Below, one piece after another: positions 36,164-49,236 of a stretch of DNA of 64,000 nucleotides. Source of the stretch: Rebecca billardiae RCC1528 (Eukaryota; Protista; Haptophyta); NCBI GenBank assembly GCA_965240325.2, contig OZ251251.1:186001-250000 (forward strand), given 5' to 3'. The notes under the pieces were generated by a model. That model saw nothing but the letters and a program-made list of their open reading frames with translations. It had not been told where the DNA came from and ran no database searches. Made by a program: the position numbers and the translations under genes. Numbering within the stretch: the stretch's first letter is position 1; each line of letters begins with the position of its first letter.

Positions 36164-36768
36164 CGGCGTGAGCGGCGGCGGCTTCGAGTGGGTGGCGCCG
36201 GGCGGCGGAGGCGGCGCCGCGCGGCCGGCCGCGCGAGGAGCGGACGGCGCCGACGGCGGCGGCGGCGCGCCCGCCGACGCCGAGCCCACCGACGCGCACG
36301 TCGCCGCGGCGGCGCGCGCCGTGCGCTGGGCGGCGGTGTCGCATTCGTTCCTGGGAGCGCTGCTAGCGCCGGGCCAGCGCGGCGGTGGCGTCGGCGGCGA
36401 TGGCGGCGATGGCGGCGATGGCGGCGGTGGCGGCGGTGACGCCGGCGGTGCACGCGCGGAGGAGGACGACGACCGGGCCGAAATCGCATGGCTGCTTGCT
36501 CTGTGCGCGCCCGCCGCGCCGCTGCTTGCACTCGCCATTACTCTGGCTGTGGCGGCGGACGCGGCGGCGGGCGCGGAGGCGGCGGAGGCGGCGGAGGCGG
36601 CGCGCGGCGCGGCGCTGCCGCTGCCCTTCGTCGCGCCGCACGCGCGCGGCGGCGGCGCGGGCGGCGGGCACTCGGCGCCCGCCGCGCCGCGCCCGCCGCA
36701 GCAGGTATGCGTCGTCAGCGGCGGCGGCGGAAGCGGCGGCGGCGGCGCGGAGCGCGTTGGCTTGCCCT

Positions 36769-36809
<41 letters not shown>

Positions 36810-37391
36810 TCGCGCAGCGGCGTGGCGCGCACGCTCTTCCCGACGCAGCCGCCGCCGCCGCCGCCCACGCCCAACCACCCGGCGACCTTGCCGCCGCCGC
36901 CGCCGCCCGCCGCCGCGGCCGAACTCCCGGTGTCGGATGCGGCGGCGCGCGGCGGCGGCCGCGGCGGCGCGGCGCAGCCTCAGCAGCACGCGTGCCGCCG
37001 CCGGTCATACCCCACGCCGCCGCTCACGCCGCCGCGGTGCGCTGGTGGCGGCGCCGCCGGCTGTGGCGCCGCCGACGGCGGCGGGGCGAGCGGCGGCGGC
37101 GGTGCCGGCGGCGCGCGCGCGCGCCGCGCGCCGCCGCGCGCGCCGGGCGGCGGCGCCGCCGCGCCGCCCGCGACGCCGCCGCCGGCCGCCGGCCGCGGCG
37201 CCGACGCCGCCGCGGCGGCCGAGGGCGCGGCGGCGCTGGCGAGCGTGCGCGCCGCGCTCGCGAGGCTGCACGCGCTCGCGCCGCCGCTGCTGCCCGCGCG
37301 CACGGCGCAGCGCGCCCTCTGTGTCGTCGTCTGCGCGGCGGTAGCCGCCGTCCGCGTCGGCGCCGCGCGCCGCGCGCTCGCGGCCGCGCCG

Positions 37392-37442
<51 letters not shown>

Positions 37443-38191
37443 GGCGGTGGCGGTGGCGGTGGCGCGCTCGCCGCGGCGCTGCGCGCGCAGCTCGACGCGG
37501 CGTGCGCCGACGCCGCGGCCGCGGGCCGCGCCGCGCACGCCACCCTACTCGTAGTCGCCGCCGCCGTCGCCGCGCAAGCGGCCGCCGCGTGCGCCGTGCG
37601 CGCCGCGTGCGCCGCGTGCGCCGCCGCGCACGCCGCGGCGCCGCACGCGCGGCGCGCGGCGAGCCGCGCGCTCACGCCGCCCGGCGGCGGCGGCTGGCCC
37701 TCGCCGCAGCCCACGCCCGCGCGCGCCGGCGGCGCGCTGCTCGACCCCGCCGCCGCCGCCGGCGGAAGCTTCGGCCGAAGCTTCGCCGAGCATTCGGACG
37801 ACGACTATGGCGGCGGCTCGGCGAATACGGACAATTACCCGTCGGGCGGCGCTTCGTATAAGAACGCGTTCTCGACGACGTTCCTGTACTCGCTGCGGCG
37901 CTCGCGCGCGATGCGCGCCGTGGGCGCGCTGCCGATGGTCGCGCAGGTCACCAGCGCCGCCGCCGCGCTCGGGCGAGCCCTCAGGTGAGCGCCGCCGCCG
38001 CCGCCGCCGCGCCACCGCGCCGCCGCGCCGCCGCGCCGCCGCGCCGCCGCGCGGCTCACGCGCGCGTGCGCGCGCCCGCGGCGTGCGCGCGCGCCGCGCA
38101 GCCTGCAGTGGCTGCGCATCCGCACGCGCCACCGCCGGCGGCACAAGCGGCAGAAATCCGACGGCCCCGTCGGCGGCTTTGGCGGCGGCAC

Positions 38192-38242
<51 letters not shown>

Positions 38243-39007
38243 GGAGGAGGGCGCGGGCGGCGGCGGCGCGGCGCACGCGGGCGCGCACGGCGGCGGCGGT
38301 GGCGGCGGCGGCGGCGGCGGCGGAGGCGTGTCGCTCGCCGAGCTGCGCCAGCTGCGCGCGTCGCTGGGCTGCGACACCAAGTCCGGGAGCAAGTCCGGGA
38401 GCAAGTCCGGGAGCAAGTCCGGGAGCAAGTCCGGGAGCAAGCCCAAGGGCGGCGCCGAGCGCGGCGCCGGCGCGGAGCGCGGCGCCAAGGCGGGCGCGGG
38501 CGGCGGCGCCGACGACGGCGGCGGCGGCACTGGCGCCGCCGCCAGCCCCGGCGAGACCGCCGCCGCCGCCGCCGCCGCGGCCGGCGGCGGCGGCGGCGGC
38601 GGCGGCGCGTCGGCGCGCGCCGCCGCCGCCACCGCTGCCGCCGCGGGCGCGGGCGCGCACGCCGCCACGCTCACGACCGTTCTCAAGTCACCGGCGCGGC
38701 CGGCGGCGCGGCCGTGGTGCGTGGGCGAGGGCGGCGGCTGCGTCTCCGCGCCGCCGCCCCTCGCGATCGACGCCGCATGGGGCGCCGACGCCGCGCTCGG
38801 CGGCGGCGCCGCCGCCGCCGCCGACGGCGGCGGCGGCGGCGGCGGCGGCGCGGCGCCGCGCAGTCTGATGCGCGCGCGCGCCGCGTCGGGCGGCGGCGCG
38901 GCCGTGGCGGCGCTCGGCGAGCGGCGGCGCACGTCCCCACCTGTGCTCGCGTCGCCGCGCGCGCCGCGCACACAGCACACCGCGTGGGGCGCGGACGCCG
39001 GCGGCGC

Positions 39008-39039
<32 letters not shown>

Positions 39040-40506
39040 GCGGCGGCGACGGCGGCGGCGGCGGCGACGACCACGGCGTGCCGGCCGTGCCGCGCGACGC
39101 GCGGCCGCCGGCGCCGACCGCGACGGCCTCGCTCGAGGCGCTGGTCTCGCCGGCGCGCGTGCCGCCGCCCACGCACGGCGAGTCGCCGCCGCCGACGCTC
39201 CCGGCCGCCGCCGCCGCTGCTGCGGGCGCGGACGGCGGCGGCGGCGGCGGCGGCCGGCGCGCGTCGCCTGGCGGCGGCGGCGGCGTCGGCGGCGGCGGCA
39301 GCGGCGGCGCGGCCACGACGGGCGCGCGGCACGCGGCGGCGCGACGGCGCGACGGGCGCGCCGCGCCGCGCCTCCCGCCCGCCGTCGCGCGCGCCGTCAC
39401 ATTCGACGACGGCGGCGACGGCGGCGGCGCGAGCGGCGGCGGCGCCGCCGACGGCGCCGCCGCGCGCGCCGCGGGCGTCGTGCGCGTGCGCGCGGGCGCG
39501 CGCTACGCTGGCGGCAACATCCGCGTGGCTGGCCGCGGCTGCGCGGGCACGCTCGGCAGCGGCGGCGAGCGCCGCGGCAGCGGCGGTGGCGCGGACGGCG
39601 CGGGCGGCAGCGCCGCGCGCGCCGGCGGCGCGGGCGGCCGCGGCGCGCCGCCCGGCGGCCGCGCCGGCGCCGGCGCGGCGCTGTGGCGCGGCGCGCGCGC
39701 GCTCGCTGGCTCTGCGCGCGCGCGGCGCGGCGCGCGCGCGCTCGCCGCGGCCGCGGCCGCGCTGACGTTCCCGCCGCTGATGCTCGCCGCCGCGGCGGCG
39801 CGCGCCGTGCACGCACGCGGCGCGGCCGAGGCCGCAGCCACCGCCGCCGCAGAGGCGGAGGCGGCGGCGGCCGCCGCCGCCGCCGCCGCGCCGCGCGGCG
39901 GCGGCGGCGGCGGCGCGGACGGCGGCGGCGGTAGCGGCGGCGGTGGCGGAGCCGCGGGGCGCACGCTGCTGCAGCTCGAGGAGGGCGGCGGGCGCGGCGA
40001 GGGCGGCGCCGCCGCCGGCTGCGCCATCGGGGCCCCGCACGACTCGCAGCGCGCGCCGCCGGCCGGCGCCGCGCCTGCCGCCGCCACCGCCGCCGAGCGC
40101 GCGCGCGCCGCCGAGGCAATGGCTGCGGTGACGGTGGCGGTGTGTGTCCTGTGCCTCACGCACGCGCACGCGACGGCGCTGGCGTGGGCGCGCGCGCGCG
40201 CGCTCGGCGCGCCGCTCGCGGCCGCGCTGCTCGCGCCGGCGCCCCTCTCCGCGCTCGGGCGCGCGCTCGGCTCCGTCGGCGCGTGGGCGCGCGGCGGCGC
40301 GCGCGCCGGCCGCGCCGCCGCGTCGCCGTGGCCTGCGATGGCGGACGCGGCGGCCGCCGCCGCGGCGGCGCCGGGCTGGGCGATCGCGCTCGAGCGGAAT
40401 TGCATGCCGCTGGACGAGGCGTGCGCGCTGGCGCTGCTGCTTGGCGCCGTGCTCGTGCGCGCGGAGGAGGCGCGCGCGCCGAGCGCGCGCGCCGACGCGG
40501 ACGCGC

Positions 40507-40537
<31 letters not shown>

Positions 40538-40829
40538 CGGAGGCGGCGGCGGCGGCGCGGACGCGCGCGCGCGCCTCCGCGCGCCGAGCGGCGCGCGCGC
40601 GACGCCGACGCACCCGCTCTCGCGCGCGGCGTGCTGGGGCGGCGGCGCGGCGTGCGTGGGCGCGTGCGCGTGCGTGCCCGCGTGGCAGCACCTCGCGCTG
40701 GCCGCACTCATCCTCACCCTCGCCCTCGTGTGTACAGCCGCGCCCGCCGGCGCGCGCCGGCCGCGGCGCGGCGGCGCGCGCCGCTCGCGCTGGCTGCCGC
40801 TGCCGCGGCCGGCGCCGCACCGCGCCTGA
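33117..40829 (+). CDS. Very large PGAP1 (GPI inositol-deacylase)-like alpha/beta-hydrolase membrane protein, probably catalytically altered
   Basis: Exons approx. 33117-33614, 33894-37984, 38102-40829 (further in-frame introns possible). N-terminal TM, VLFVPGHRGD, FYALDF..ESAFHG....EQ, VFVVGQGMGG, LITVDAPL, several C-terminal hydrophobic helices; large Ala/Gly inserts. Confidence 0.7.
38378..38441 (+). repeat. 12-bp coding minisatellite (AAGTCCGGGAGC)5 encoding (KSGS)5
   Basis: Five exact units within the last exon of the PGAP1-like gene. Confidence 0.9.
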
Positions 40830-41865
40830 GCCGCGGAAGCACGCCCACTGCACAAAACGGCGTGGGCGCGTGGGCGCGTGCCGTGCGCAGCCGCCCCGGG
40901 GCGCGAGGCTCCGTGCCGCGTCGGGCGGGGCGTGCGCTCGCCGACGGCGACGCTGAGCGGCAGACAGACCGGACCGGGCCACGCTGACTAAGACGATATA
41001 TCGCGATGACTAATATTAATAAGCGTCTGTCCAGTGTCGGGCGGCTTGACGGCGGCGCGGTCCCCGTCAAGCGCTCGTCGTCGTCAGGGTTCGCTGCGCC
41101 GCCCGCGAACCGTAAATATTATATATATATATTAATAATAATAATAACTGAAATAATGATATATATATATATATACATTGGCGGCCGCACCCGGTCCGCA
41201 CCGGATCGGACAGCCTGGTCGGATCGACGTGACCCGCCGATCGCCGGGCGGCCGGCCCGGGTCCGGATGACCGAACCGCACTGTCAAGAACTCAGGCGGT
41301 GTCAGAACTAGAACGGCTGAGAAGGCGCTTGCGCCTGCGTGCCGTGCGGGCGGCCGGCCGTGGCGACGCACAACCTGAGCCTATAACTATAAGGGCAAGG
41401 CGGCGCGGCATGGCTCACACTTGGCGCGCACATCGGGCCATCGTCGGCATCAGTGGCTGCGGCTAAATGTCACGGCCCGACGGTCGTCAGGCCCAGGGAC
41501 GCGCGACGCCGCCGCCGCGGCGTCGCCTGCCGCCCGCGCGGCGCGGCCCCGGCGGGGCCCACGAGCAAGCGACGCGCGGTATGGCAGCTCATATCGGGTG
41601 CCGCCGTGTCTGCTCCGACCCAGGCAGCACCTCGATCGTGCGCGCCCGTGGGCCGCCGCCGGCGCCATCCGACCGCGCCGCGCCCGTTCGTTCGCGCGCT
41701 TGACGACGGCAGGTTCCGAGCGGGTCCGGAGCGATCCGGGGACAAGCCGTGTGAAAGAAAGCAGCTGGAGGAGCCACCGCCGCCATCGCCCTCGCCGTCG
41801 GGCCCGCCACCCATCGGCCATCGCCGCCGGCTCTCGGCGCGGCCGGCGCGCGCAGCGGTGTCGCG

Positions 41866-44107
41866 ATGCGCGCCTCCACGCGCGCGTACTGCCTGGTGAT
41901 CGCCGCGGGCTGCGTCATGCTGCTCCTGCTCCAGCACCAGCTGCTCAGCGCCTCGCACCCGCCCGCGCTCGCCGGCGCGGGCGGCGCGGCGGCCGCCGCG
42001 CCGTACGCCGACGGCGGCGCGCCGTGGATCGGCGACGCGCCGTTCGCGCGCGCGGGGTTCGCGGGCGGGCTAGAGGGGGCGTCGGGTCCGGCGCTCGTGC
42101 GCACGGCCGACGGCGCCGCCGGCGCCTCGCCGCCCTCCGCCGCGGCGGCGGCGGCGGCGGCGGGCGGCGCGGCGGGCGGCGCCGACGCCGACGGCGGCGG
42201 CGCGGCCGAGGCGCTCGCGCGCGCGGCGCTGGCGGGCGCGCTGCGCGCGGCGTCGTCCGAGGTGTCCGCCGAGCCGCACCCCGACGCCGCGCTCGGCGGC
42301 GACCTGTACGACGAGCCCGTCCTGCTGCGCGAGGCGGACGCGGTCGCGCTCCGGCGCGCGGACGGGCGGCGCGAGATTATTTTAATTCCGACGTCTTATT
42401 CGTACGGGCACTACACGCTCAACCTGCTGCTGAACCTGAAGCGGCTGGGGTACTGGCACGCGCTGCTGCTCGGCGCGGACCGCGACGCGTGCGCCAACGC
42501 GACGGGGTACTCGCCCGTCCCGTCTCGCTGCGTGTGGGACGGGCGCTGGTGGCGGGACAAGCCGTTCATACAGTGCGCGCACTGCACTGCGCCGCACACT
42601 CACACTCACACTCACACTGTACGCACTGGGTGGGCGGGACAAGCCGTTCATACAGTGCGCGCACTGCACTGCGCCGCACACTCACACTCACACTCACACT
42701 GTACGCACTGGGTGGGCGGGACAAGCCGTTCATACAGTGCGCGCACTGCACTGCGCCGCACACTCACACTCACACTCACACTGTACGCACTGGGTGGGCG
42801 GGACAAGCCGTTCATACAGTGCGCGCACTGCACTGCGCCGCACACTCACACTCACACTCACACTGTACGCACTGGGTGGGCGGGACAAGCCGTTCATACA
42901 GTGCGCGCACTGCACTGCGCCGCACACTCACACTCACACTCACACTGTACGCACTGGGTGGGCGGGACAAGCCGTTCATACAGTGCGCGCACGGCACTGC
43001 ACTGCACTGTACTGCGCACACTGCACGCACTGCGCGCGCACACGCACACCGCGAGCACGGCACACGCTGTGCGGGCACTGTGCACGCACTGCGCACACTG
43101 GGCGCACGGTGCACGCACGCACTGCACTGCGTGTGTACTGTGTGTGCGTGCACACACCGCGCACACACGGCACACGCGGCTCGCGGCCGCGCTCAACGCG
43201 CGCTTCGCCCGTCACCCCTCGCTAACCCTAACCCTAACCCTAACCCTCGCACCCCCGACACCTGCGCCCGGGCGGTCGGCCGCAGGCGCGCGGAGCCCTT
43301 CGCGTCCTTCTGCACGCGCGCGCGCGACTGCCTGACGAACCCTTCGGAGCCGCAGGCGTCGTACCGGCTCTGGCTCTCGCGCTGGGTGGCGAACGCGCGC
43401 CTCGTCGCCGCGGGGTATAACACCCTCATGCTCGACGTCGACTTTGGGCTCGCGGACGACCCGTACGAATTTCTGCACGCGCCGCCCTTTAATCGCTTTA
43501 ATTTGATGTTCCACTCGGAGGCGTTCGGCGACGCGAAGGGGAATGTGCAGTGCGGCTTCGTGTACGTGCAGGGCGCGCGCAAGGGCGGCGGCGCCGCCAC
43601 CGCCGTCGCGGGCTACGCCGATCGCATCTTCCGGTGCGCAGCAGTGCGGCGCGCTATTTTATGTCATTTCTTTGGCGATGCGCCAAGCGCCAAACCGGCG
43701 TGCTGCGCCGCGTGCACGCGCGGCGCGTGCGCGGTGCCGTCGCGCATGCTCACCCTTCGTCCGCCGCCCCGCCGCCGCCGCCACCGCCGCCACGCGCCCC
43801 GCTCTGTGCCGCCGCCGCGTCACGACTCTGCGTAACGGCCGCCGTAACGGCCATGTAACAGCTTTCTGGACACGCGCGCGGAGGAGGCGGCCGAGGCGGC
43901 GGCGATTGGCGAGGCCGCCGCCGCGGCGGCCGCGGCCAACGGCTCGGCGGCGTCGTCGCGCCTGATGTCGCGCGTCGCGCGCGAGGCGTACTTTGTCTTT
44001 GACCAGGTGCACATGGTCGATGTTGTGCAGTCGCAGATTAACGGCCGCTCGACGTTTAAATCGGCGCGCTCCTATTTCGCCGACGTGTCGCGCGAGACGT
44101 TCGAGCG

Positions 44108-44141
<34 letters not shown>

Positions 44142-46552
44142 GCCGGCGGCAACGGCACCGCCGCCGCGCCGCCGCCCAAGGACAGCCGGCTGCCCATCAA
44201 CCAGTGGCGCGTGGTCAAACTCTACGAAGAATACCTCGCCGCCCTCGGCCGCTCGGACAGCTGGCAGCGGCTGGATATCTCGGCCGCCGTCCCGGACAGC
44301 TGGCGGCTGCGGTTCGGGCTCGAGCCGAGGCACGAGGCGGTGTGGGCCGATGGGCTCACCGACGGGATCCCGGTGGACACGCGCGACCTGCCGCTCGAGT
44401 TTGGCAGCCACCCGCTGCGCCCCGTGCGGTGCGCAGCCGCCCCCTCCTCTGCGCGCGCGCGCGCAAGCGACAGTGCTGCCACTGTGTGTTCGTTCCCCTG
44501 CACCCCGCCCGCCCGCGCACGCGCGCGCGCGCGCGCACCCACGCCCTCGCCCTGCGCGCGCGCGCTGTGCGCCGCGTGCGCGCGCCGACCGCCACCCGCA
44601 GCCCCGGCTCGCTGGCGGCTGAGTACCGCGCGCTGCTGGAGCGCGACGCGGCGGCGTCGTACCTGCACCGCCTCGCGCCCGCGCGGCACCCCGGCGGCGC
44701 GGCGCAGCAGCAGCCCGCGCCCGGCGCGGCGGGCGCGGGCGTCGACGCGGGCGCGCCGGCGCCGGCGCCGACGCCGCCGCACGAGCAGCTGCCGGAGCCG
44801 GTCGCTCGGTGGGTGGCGGCCATGCTGGGCGAGGAGGGCGAGGGGCCGCGCGCGGCCGCGCGCGCGCTCGGCAAGCTGCGCGTGCGCTCGCTCGCCGACC
44901 TCGCCGCCGTGAGCCCTGCGGACGCCGCGGCGCGGTGCGAGGCGGCGGCGGCGGCGCGCGCGGCGCCGGCGGCCGCCACCGCCGCGGCTCCGGGCGGCGA
45001 CGGCTGTGCCGCCCTCGCCGTCTCGCTGCGCGTGCTCGCGCGCTTGTCCGCGCAGCAGCTGCAGTCGCCCGCCGGCGCGGCGTCGCTGCTCGATAGCGGC
45101 GGCGGCGCGGCCGCGTGGGCCTCCGGCCCGCCGACGGGCGCGCAGGAGATGGTGGCCCTCATCCCGACATGGCTGGTCTCGCACTGGCGCGAAGGTCCGG
45201 CGCGCGCCGTGCTCCCCGCGGCGCGCCGCCCGCCGTGTGCCGCGCGCGCGCGCCGCAGCGCCTCCCGCCGACCCGCTGCGCCCCTCCCGCGCGCGCGCGC
45301 AGGCGTGCGCGGGCTCTGGGGCATGGACCCGCCCGCGGTGATGGGCGTGCACGCCACCGGCGCGACGGACAAGCTGCTCACGCTGATAGCCAACGGGCTC
45401 TTCGACCGCCAGGCGTACCGCGCCGCGCCGCGCTCGGTGCACGCGGCCGCGTTCGTGCGCGCCGAGCGCCCGCCGCTCGTCGCGTATCTGCCCGCCCTCT
45501 CGTTCCCCACGCGCGCCGCCGCCGCCGCCGCCGCCGATGGCCAGCAGCCCGACGGTGCCGCCGCCGCCGCCGCCGCGCTGCACCGCGCCGCGCTCGACTT
45601 CGACGAGGCCGACTCGTTCCGCGCCGCGGCGGTGCAGGGGCTGCCGGCGGCGGCCATCCTGGCGGGGCGCCACTTTGGCTTCCCCCACGTGCCGTGCGAG
45701 TCCGGCTGGCTCAACCGGCTGCCGGACCCGGTGCCGACGCGCGCGCCGGGCGGGCGGCTGCCCGGCGTGCTGCGCGCGCCCGCGCGCGCGGCCCAGGGCG
45801 CGGCGGCGCCGGGCGGCGGCGCGGCGCACCGCACGCCGTGGCGCTTCGAGAAGTGCCGTACTGGCCTCTGCCGCGAGTGGCGCGTCGTGCCGGTCGGCTA
45901 CGTGTCGGCGGAGGAGGCGCGCGCGCGCGCGGAGCTGCGCGGGCCGAGCCGCGCGCCGCGCGCAGCCGGCACGCTCGCGCCGGCCACCGCCACCGCCGCC
46001 GCCTCGTCCGACCACGCCGTCGGCCGCGGGCTTGCCAACCGGCCCGCGCCGGACCAAGCGCTCTCGTGCACGCTCCACCCGAACATGATCTGGCCGGACG
46101 GCCCGGTGCGCTGGGCGTGGGGCAACCGGTGCAACGGGCACACGACGTACCGCGGCGCCGGCGGGCACAAGCTCGCCGGCGTCGGCCACGCGTTCTCTCC
46201 GTTCGACGTGCGCGCGTACGCCGAGCGGCTCGGCGCCGACGCCGCGCCCGCGCTCGGCGTGAACGTCGCGTTCGGCGAGCGCGTCGCCGACTTCCTCCCG
46301 CCGGAGGCGATGGCGGGCGGGCGCGGCGGCGGCGGCGCGGCGGCGAGCGCGCCGCGCCCGCCCGCGCTGCTCAACGTCACCACCGCCGAGCTCAGGGCCG
46401 AGCTCGCCCGCTTCGCCTCAGTGCCCCTCCTGTGGCTCGGCTGGCCCATCAACGTCACTGACCCCGCCGAGGGGCCCGGCCGGCTCGCCGCGCGCATGCG
46501 CGCGCTCTGCCTGAGCGACGAGCCGCAGACCAACCGCACCGTGCCCCTCTAG
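41866..46552 (+). CDS. Type II membrane glycosyltransferase, nucleotide-diphospho-sugar transferase (GT77-like) family, ~5 exons
   Basis: Exons 41866-42572, 43286-43633, 43862-44428, 44602-45194, 45303-46552. N-terminal TM; REIILI...NLLLNLKRLG..H.LLL; RW....RLVAAGYNTLMLDVD (DxD) ...DPY; NVQCGFVYVQ; FDQ motif. Confidence 0.75.
42547..43005 (+). repeat. 82-bp tandem repeat (~5.5 copies) spanning the exon 1 end and 5' splice site
   Basis: GGGACAAGCCGTTCATACA|GTGCGCGCAC recurs every 82 bp; GT at 42573, 42655, 42737, 42819, 42901, 42983. Confidence 0.95.
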
Positions 46553-47047
46553 ACCGTAGTCATTGGCGGCTAGAAGTCTCGCGCCCCTGCTTGCTCGGCG
46601 GCACGACAGTCATCGTCGCGATCCTCGTACCGCGACTGCTGTAGTGATATCGCCGTGACTACCCCGCGGTAGCGGCGTACGCGGTGTCAGTGGTGTCACT
46701 ACTGACGAGTATCAGGCACTCGGGTCAGTCTGACTGACTGTCAGCGCGGCCAGTAGCCGGCAGCGGCGTCAGCTGGCGGCCCGCGGCCAGCACTATCTAT
46801 CAGCGCCCTCCCGAAACGTATACGCGACTGATTGATGAGTGACTACACTGCTAGTAGTGCTATAGTGCTAATAATGCGCGCGCTACTGTACTACGACTTA
46901 TATAGTATCCGCGGCGTAGACAGACAGAAGCAACTGTAGCTGCTCGTGCGTGACTAGTATACAGTATTGTCCGATAAGCAGACCCCGCAGCCGCGCGGAC
47001 TGTGGTGGCGGATGCGGCTCATCAGCCGCGCTGATCAATAAAACTAG

Positions 47048-48567
47048 CTGTGCCCTGGCGGGCGGGGGGGTCGGCGGGCCGTGCCAGTGCTGTCGCAATG
47101 TATCCTCTGCGGGTTCGCGTCCTTCCACATTCGCTCGTGGCCGTGGGTGACGGACAGTCGAGTGCAAGGACCAGCGGCAGTGACACGTGAAGTTGGCTCC
47201 CCGACGTGTCACACGTCTCAGTCTGTACTCTTATGCGCATCAGCGAGGCCCCACACCCACGAGGGAATGTGCAGCACGCGGGGCGGGGCGGGTAGCCCGT
47301 TGCTCCGCGCGAGCGCGGGTACGCGCTGTATGTGCCGCATGTCGACCGCGATGGCGTAATCGAGCGCCTCGCCGCCGACGAAGCCGCCAGAGTAGATCAT
47401 GTGCATGTCCTCCTGCCAGCCGAGAGCGGTCGTCGCGAGGATGCTTGCCGATGTCCGCTCCAGGCATGATGGGCTCGGCGCAGGTCGCGTTGACGTCGTA
47501 CACGGCCGCCACGCTGAGCACGAGCGCGTTGACGTTCACGCGGTCGTCGCTCTTCGCATCTTCGACAGGTCTGGCGCTCGTGTGCTCGGCGGCACGAGGA
47601 GCTGTGCGCACAGCGACAGCGTGTGCCACTCGCGATCGAGAGTGGGCAAGCGCTGCTCACGCGGGCACACGAATCGCAGCGCATCCGTCACCGGCGTGAC
47701 GACTTCCGCCTCGTCCCGCAGCGCCTGCGCCATGGACGAGGATGGCGCGGCGATGTTGTATGCTCGACGATTCATCTCTCTGCGGATGGCATCACGGGCT
47801 TGTCTGTGTCGCGCTGCGGCGAGGGTCGCCAACTCGCGATGACGCGGTTGCTACCACGGCGACAGACCCGGGAGGTGCGTCCGCTGCGCGTCGTACGCCG
47901 TTGGCGCTGCGCTTCCGTCGCATTGGTCACCGTCGACGCCATGCAGGCCGGACGTGGGCTTCGGCTGACCAAGGGACCGGACCGCGAGCGAGGACTGAGT
48001 CCGGTGCGCGGATTCCGGCGATCGAGTTCAGAAGGCCGCGCCAAATCTTGCGTCGCGTGCGATGGCGCTTCCCGCCCGCGAGACACCTCGTGATGAGGGC
48101 CTTTCCGCACCGCGCCCGACGCGCGGCGGTGGATCGCGCGAGGTGGTTGTCGTGCGCAGCGCTTGCTACGTTGGCCCGTGCGAGCGCTCGACGTGCAAGT
48201 CAGGCGAGGACCGCCCCAGGTCGCACGATCGTGTCGACGCGCCGAGCGTACCTCCAAACGCGTCGACTTTGGCCCTCGTTCGACCTGCACGCGAGACGAC
48301 GAGGGCAGCAATCGCGAATCGGGCGAAAACCCCCCTCGGGAGTCCTCTCACGATGTCCGCGCCGGCGTTGGATTTGGCGCGCGCCGCCCACGCGCTCCGC
48401 GCCATGGCGCAGATGGTTTTCGGCCGAGCGTCCCCAGTCAGGGAGCTGCGAGGGCGCCCGGTAGTGAGCGAGGCGATTTTCTTTTCTTTGCGAGGCGATT
48501 TTCTTTTTCTTTTTATTTTTCTTATCTTTTCCCCGGGCACTACAAGGGGCGGACCTACGGCCCGCCA
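47048..48567 (-). mobile_element. Dispersed element, copy C (full length, ~1.5 kb)
   Basis: Both termini match copy A (CTGTGCCCTGGCGGGC ... CCCGGGCACTACAAGGGGCGGACCTACGGCCCGCCA); colinear interior. Confidence 0.78.
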
Positions 48568-49236
48568 TTACATGCCGAATAGCCGATGCCTCGGATACCG
48601 GACCGGGCGGTCCGTCGCGTCGTCCATGATGATTGACGATGCCGTCCATTACGACTACCGCCATCACTAGTATACGGACCATATATATGATGACTCTGCC
48701 AGCATGCCCCGCCTCGGACACTCTGAGTCCTGCGACCGTGTCTGCTGTAGCAATAGTAGCATGCAGCCGGCGGCGTTGATCGTCGGAATTTGATGCGCGC
48801 GGCGGCGCGGCTTCATCCTGAATATCCTGATGATCCTGATGACGACGTGATCACGGCGGTCTGACGGCGCGTGCGCCACGGAGTACGAACGGCGTTATGA
48901 TGTCCTTACTTTAGCTAGTAGTAGTGTAGAGTACGTGATGCGACGAATACCCGCGCGCCTTGCCATCCGCCGGCGCCCCATCACGCCACGCGCAACGCGA
49001 GCTCGAGCGGCTGCTCCTGCTCCAGCAGCACCGCGCTGCCACTCCACTCGCGAGGCTGCATGCGCGGCCCGTGTGCACGGCGCACTCGACATAGCGCGGG
49101 GCTGATGGCGGCGGGCCTCGGTGGCTGGCGCATGGCCACGAGGCCTGCTGAACGTGAGGAGAGCAGCGGCGCGCACTCGCACACGCCGCACTCACAAGAC
49201 TGCGCGTGAGCTCCGCACCCGCCACGGGCCGGTCGC

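Noticed and set aside
37545-40987. Long Arg/Ala-rich antisense and alternate-frame ORFs
   Set aside because: Shadows of GGC/GCG-rich coding sequence.
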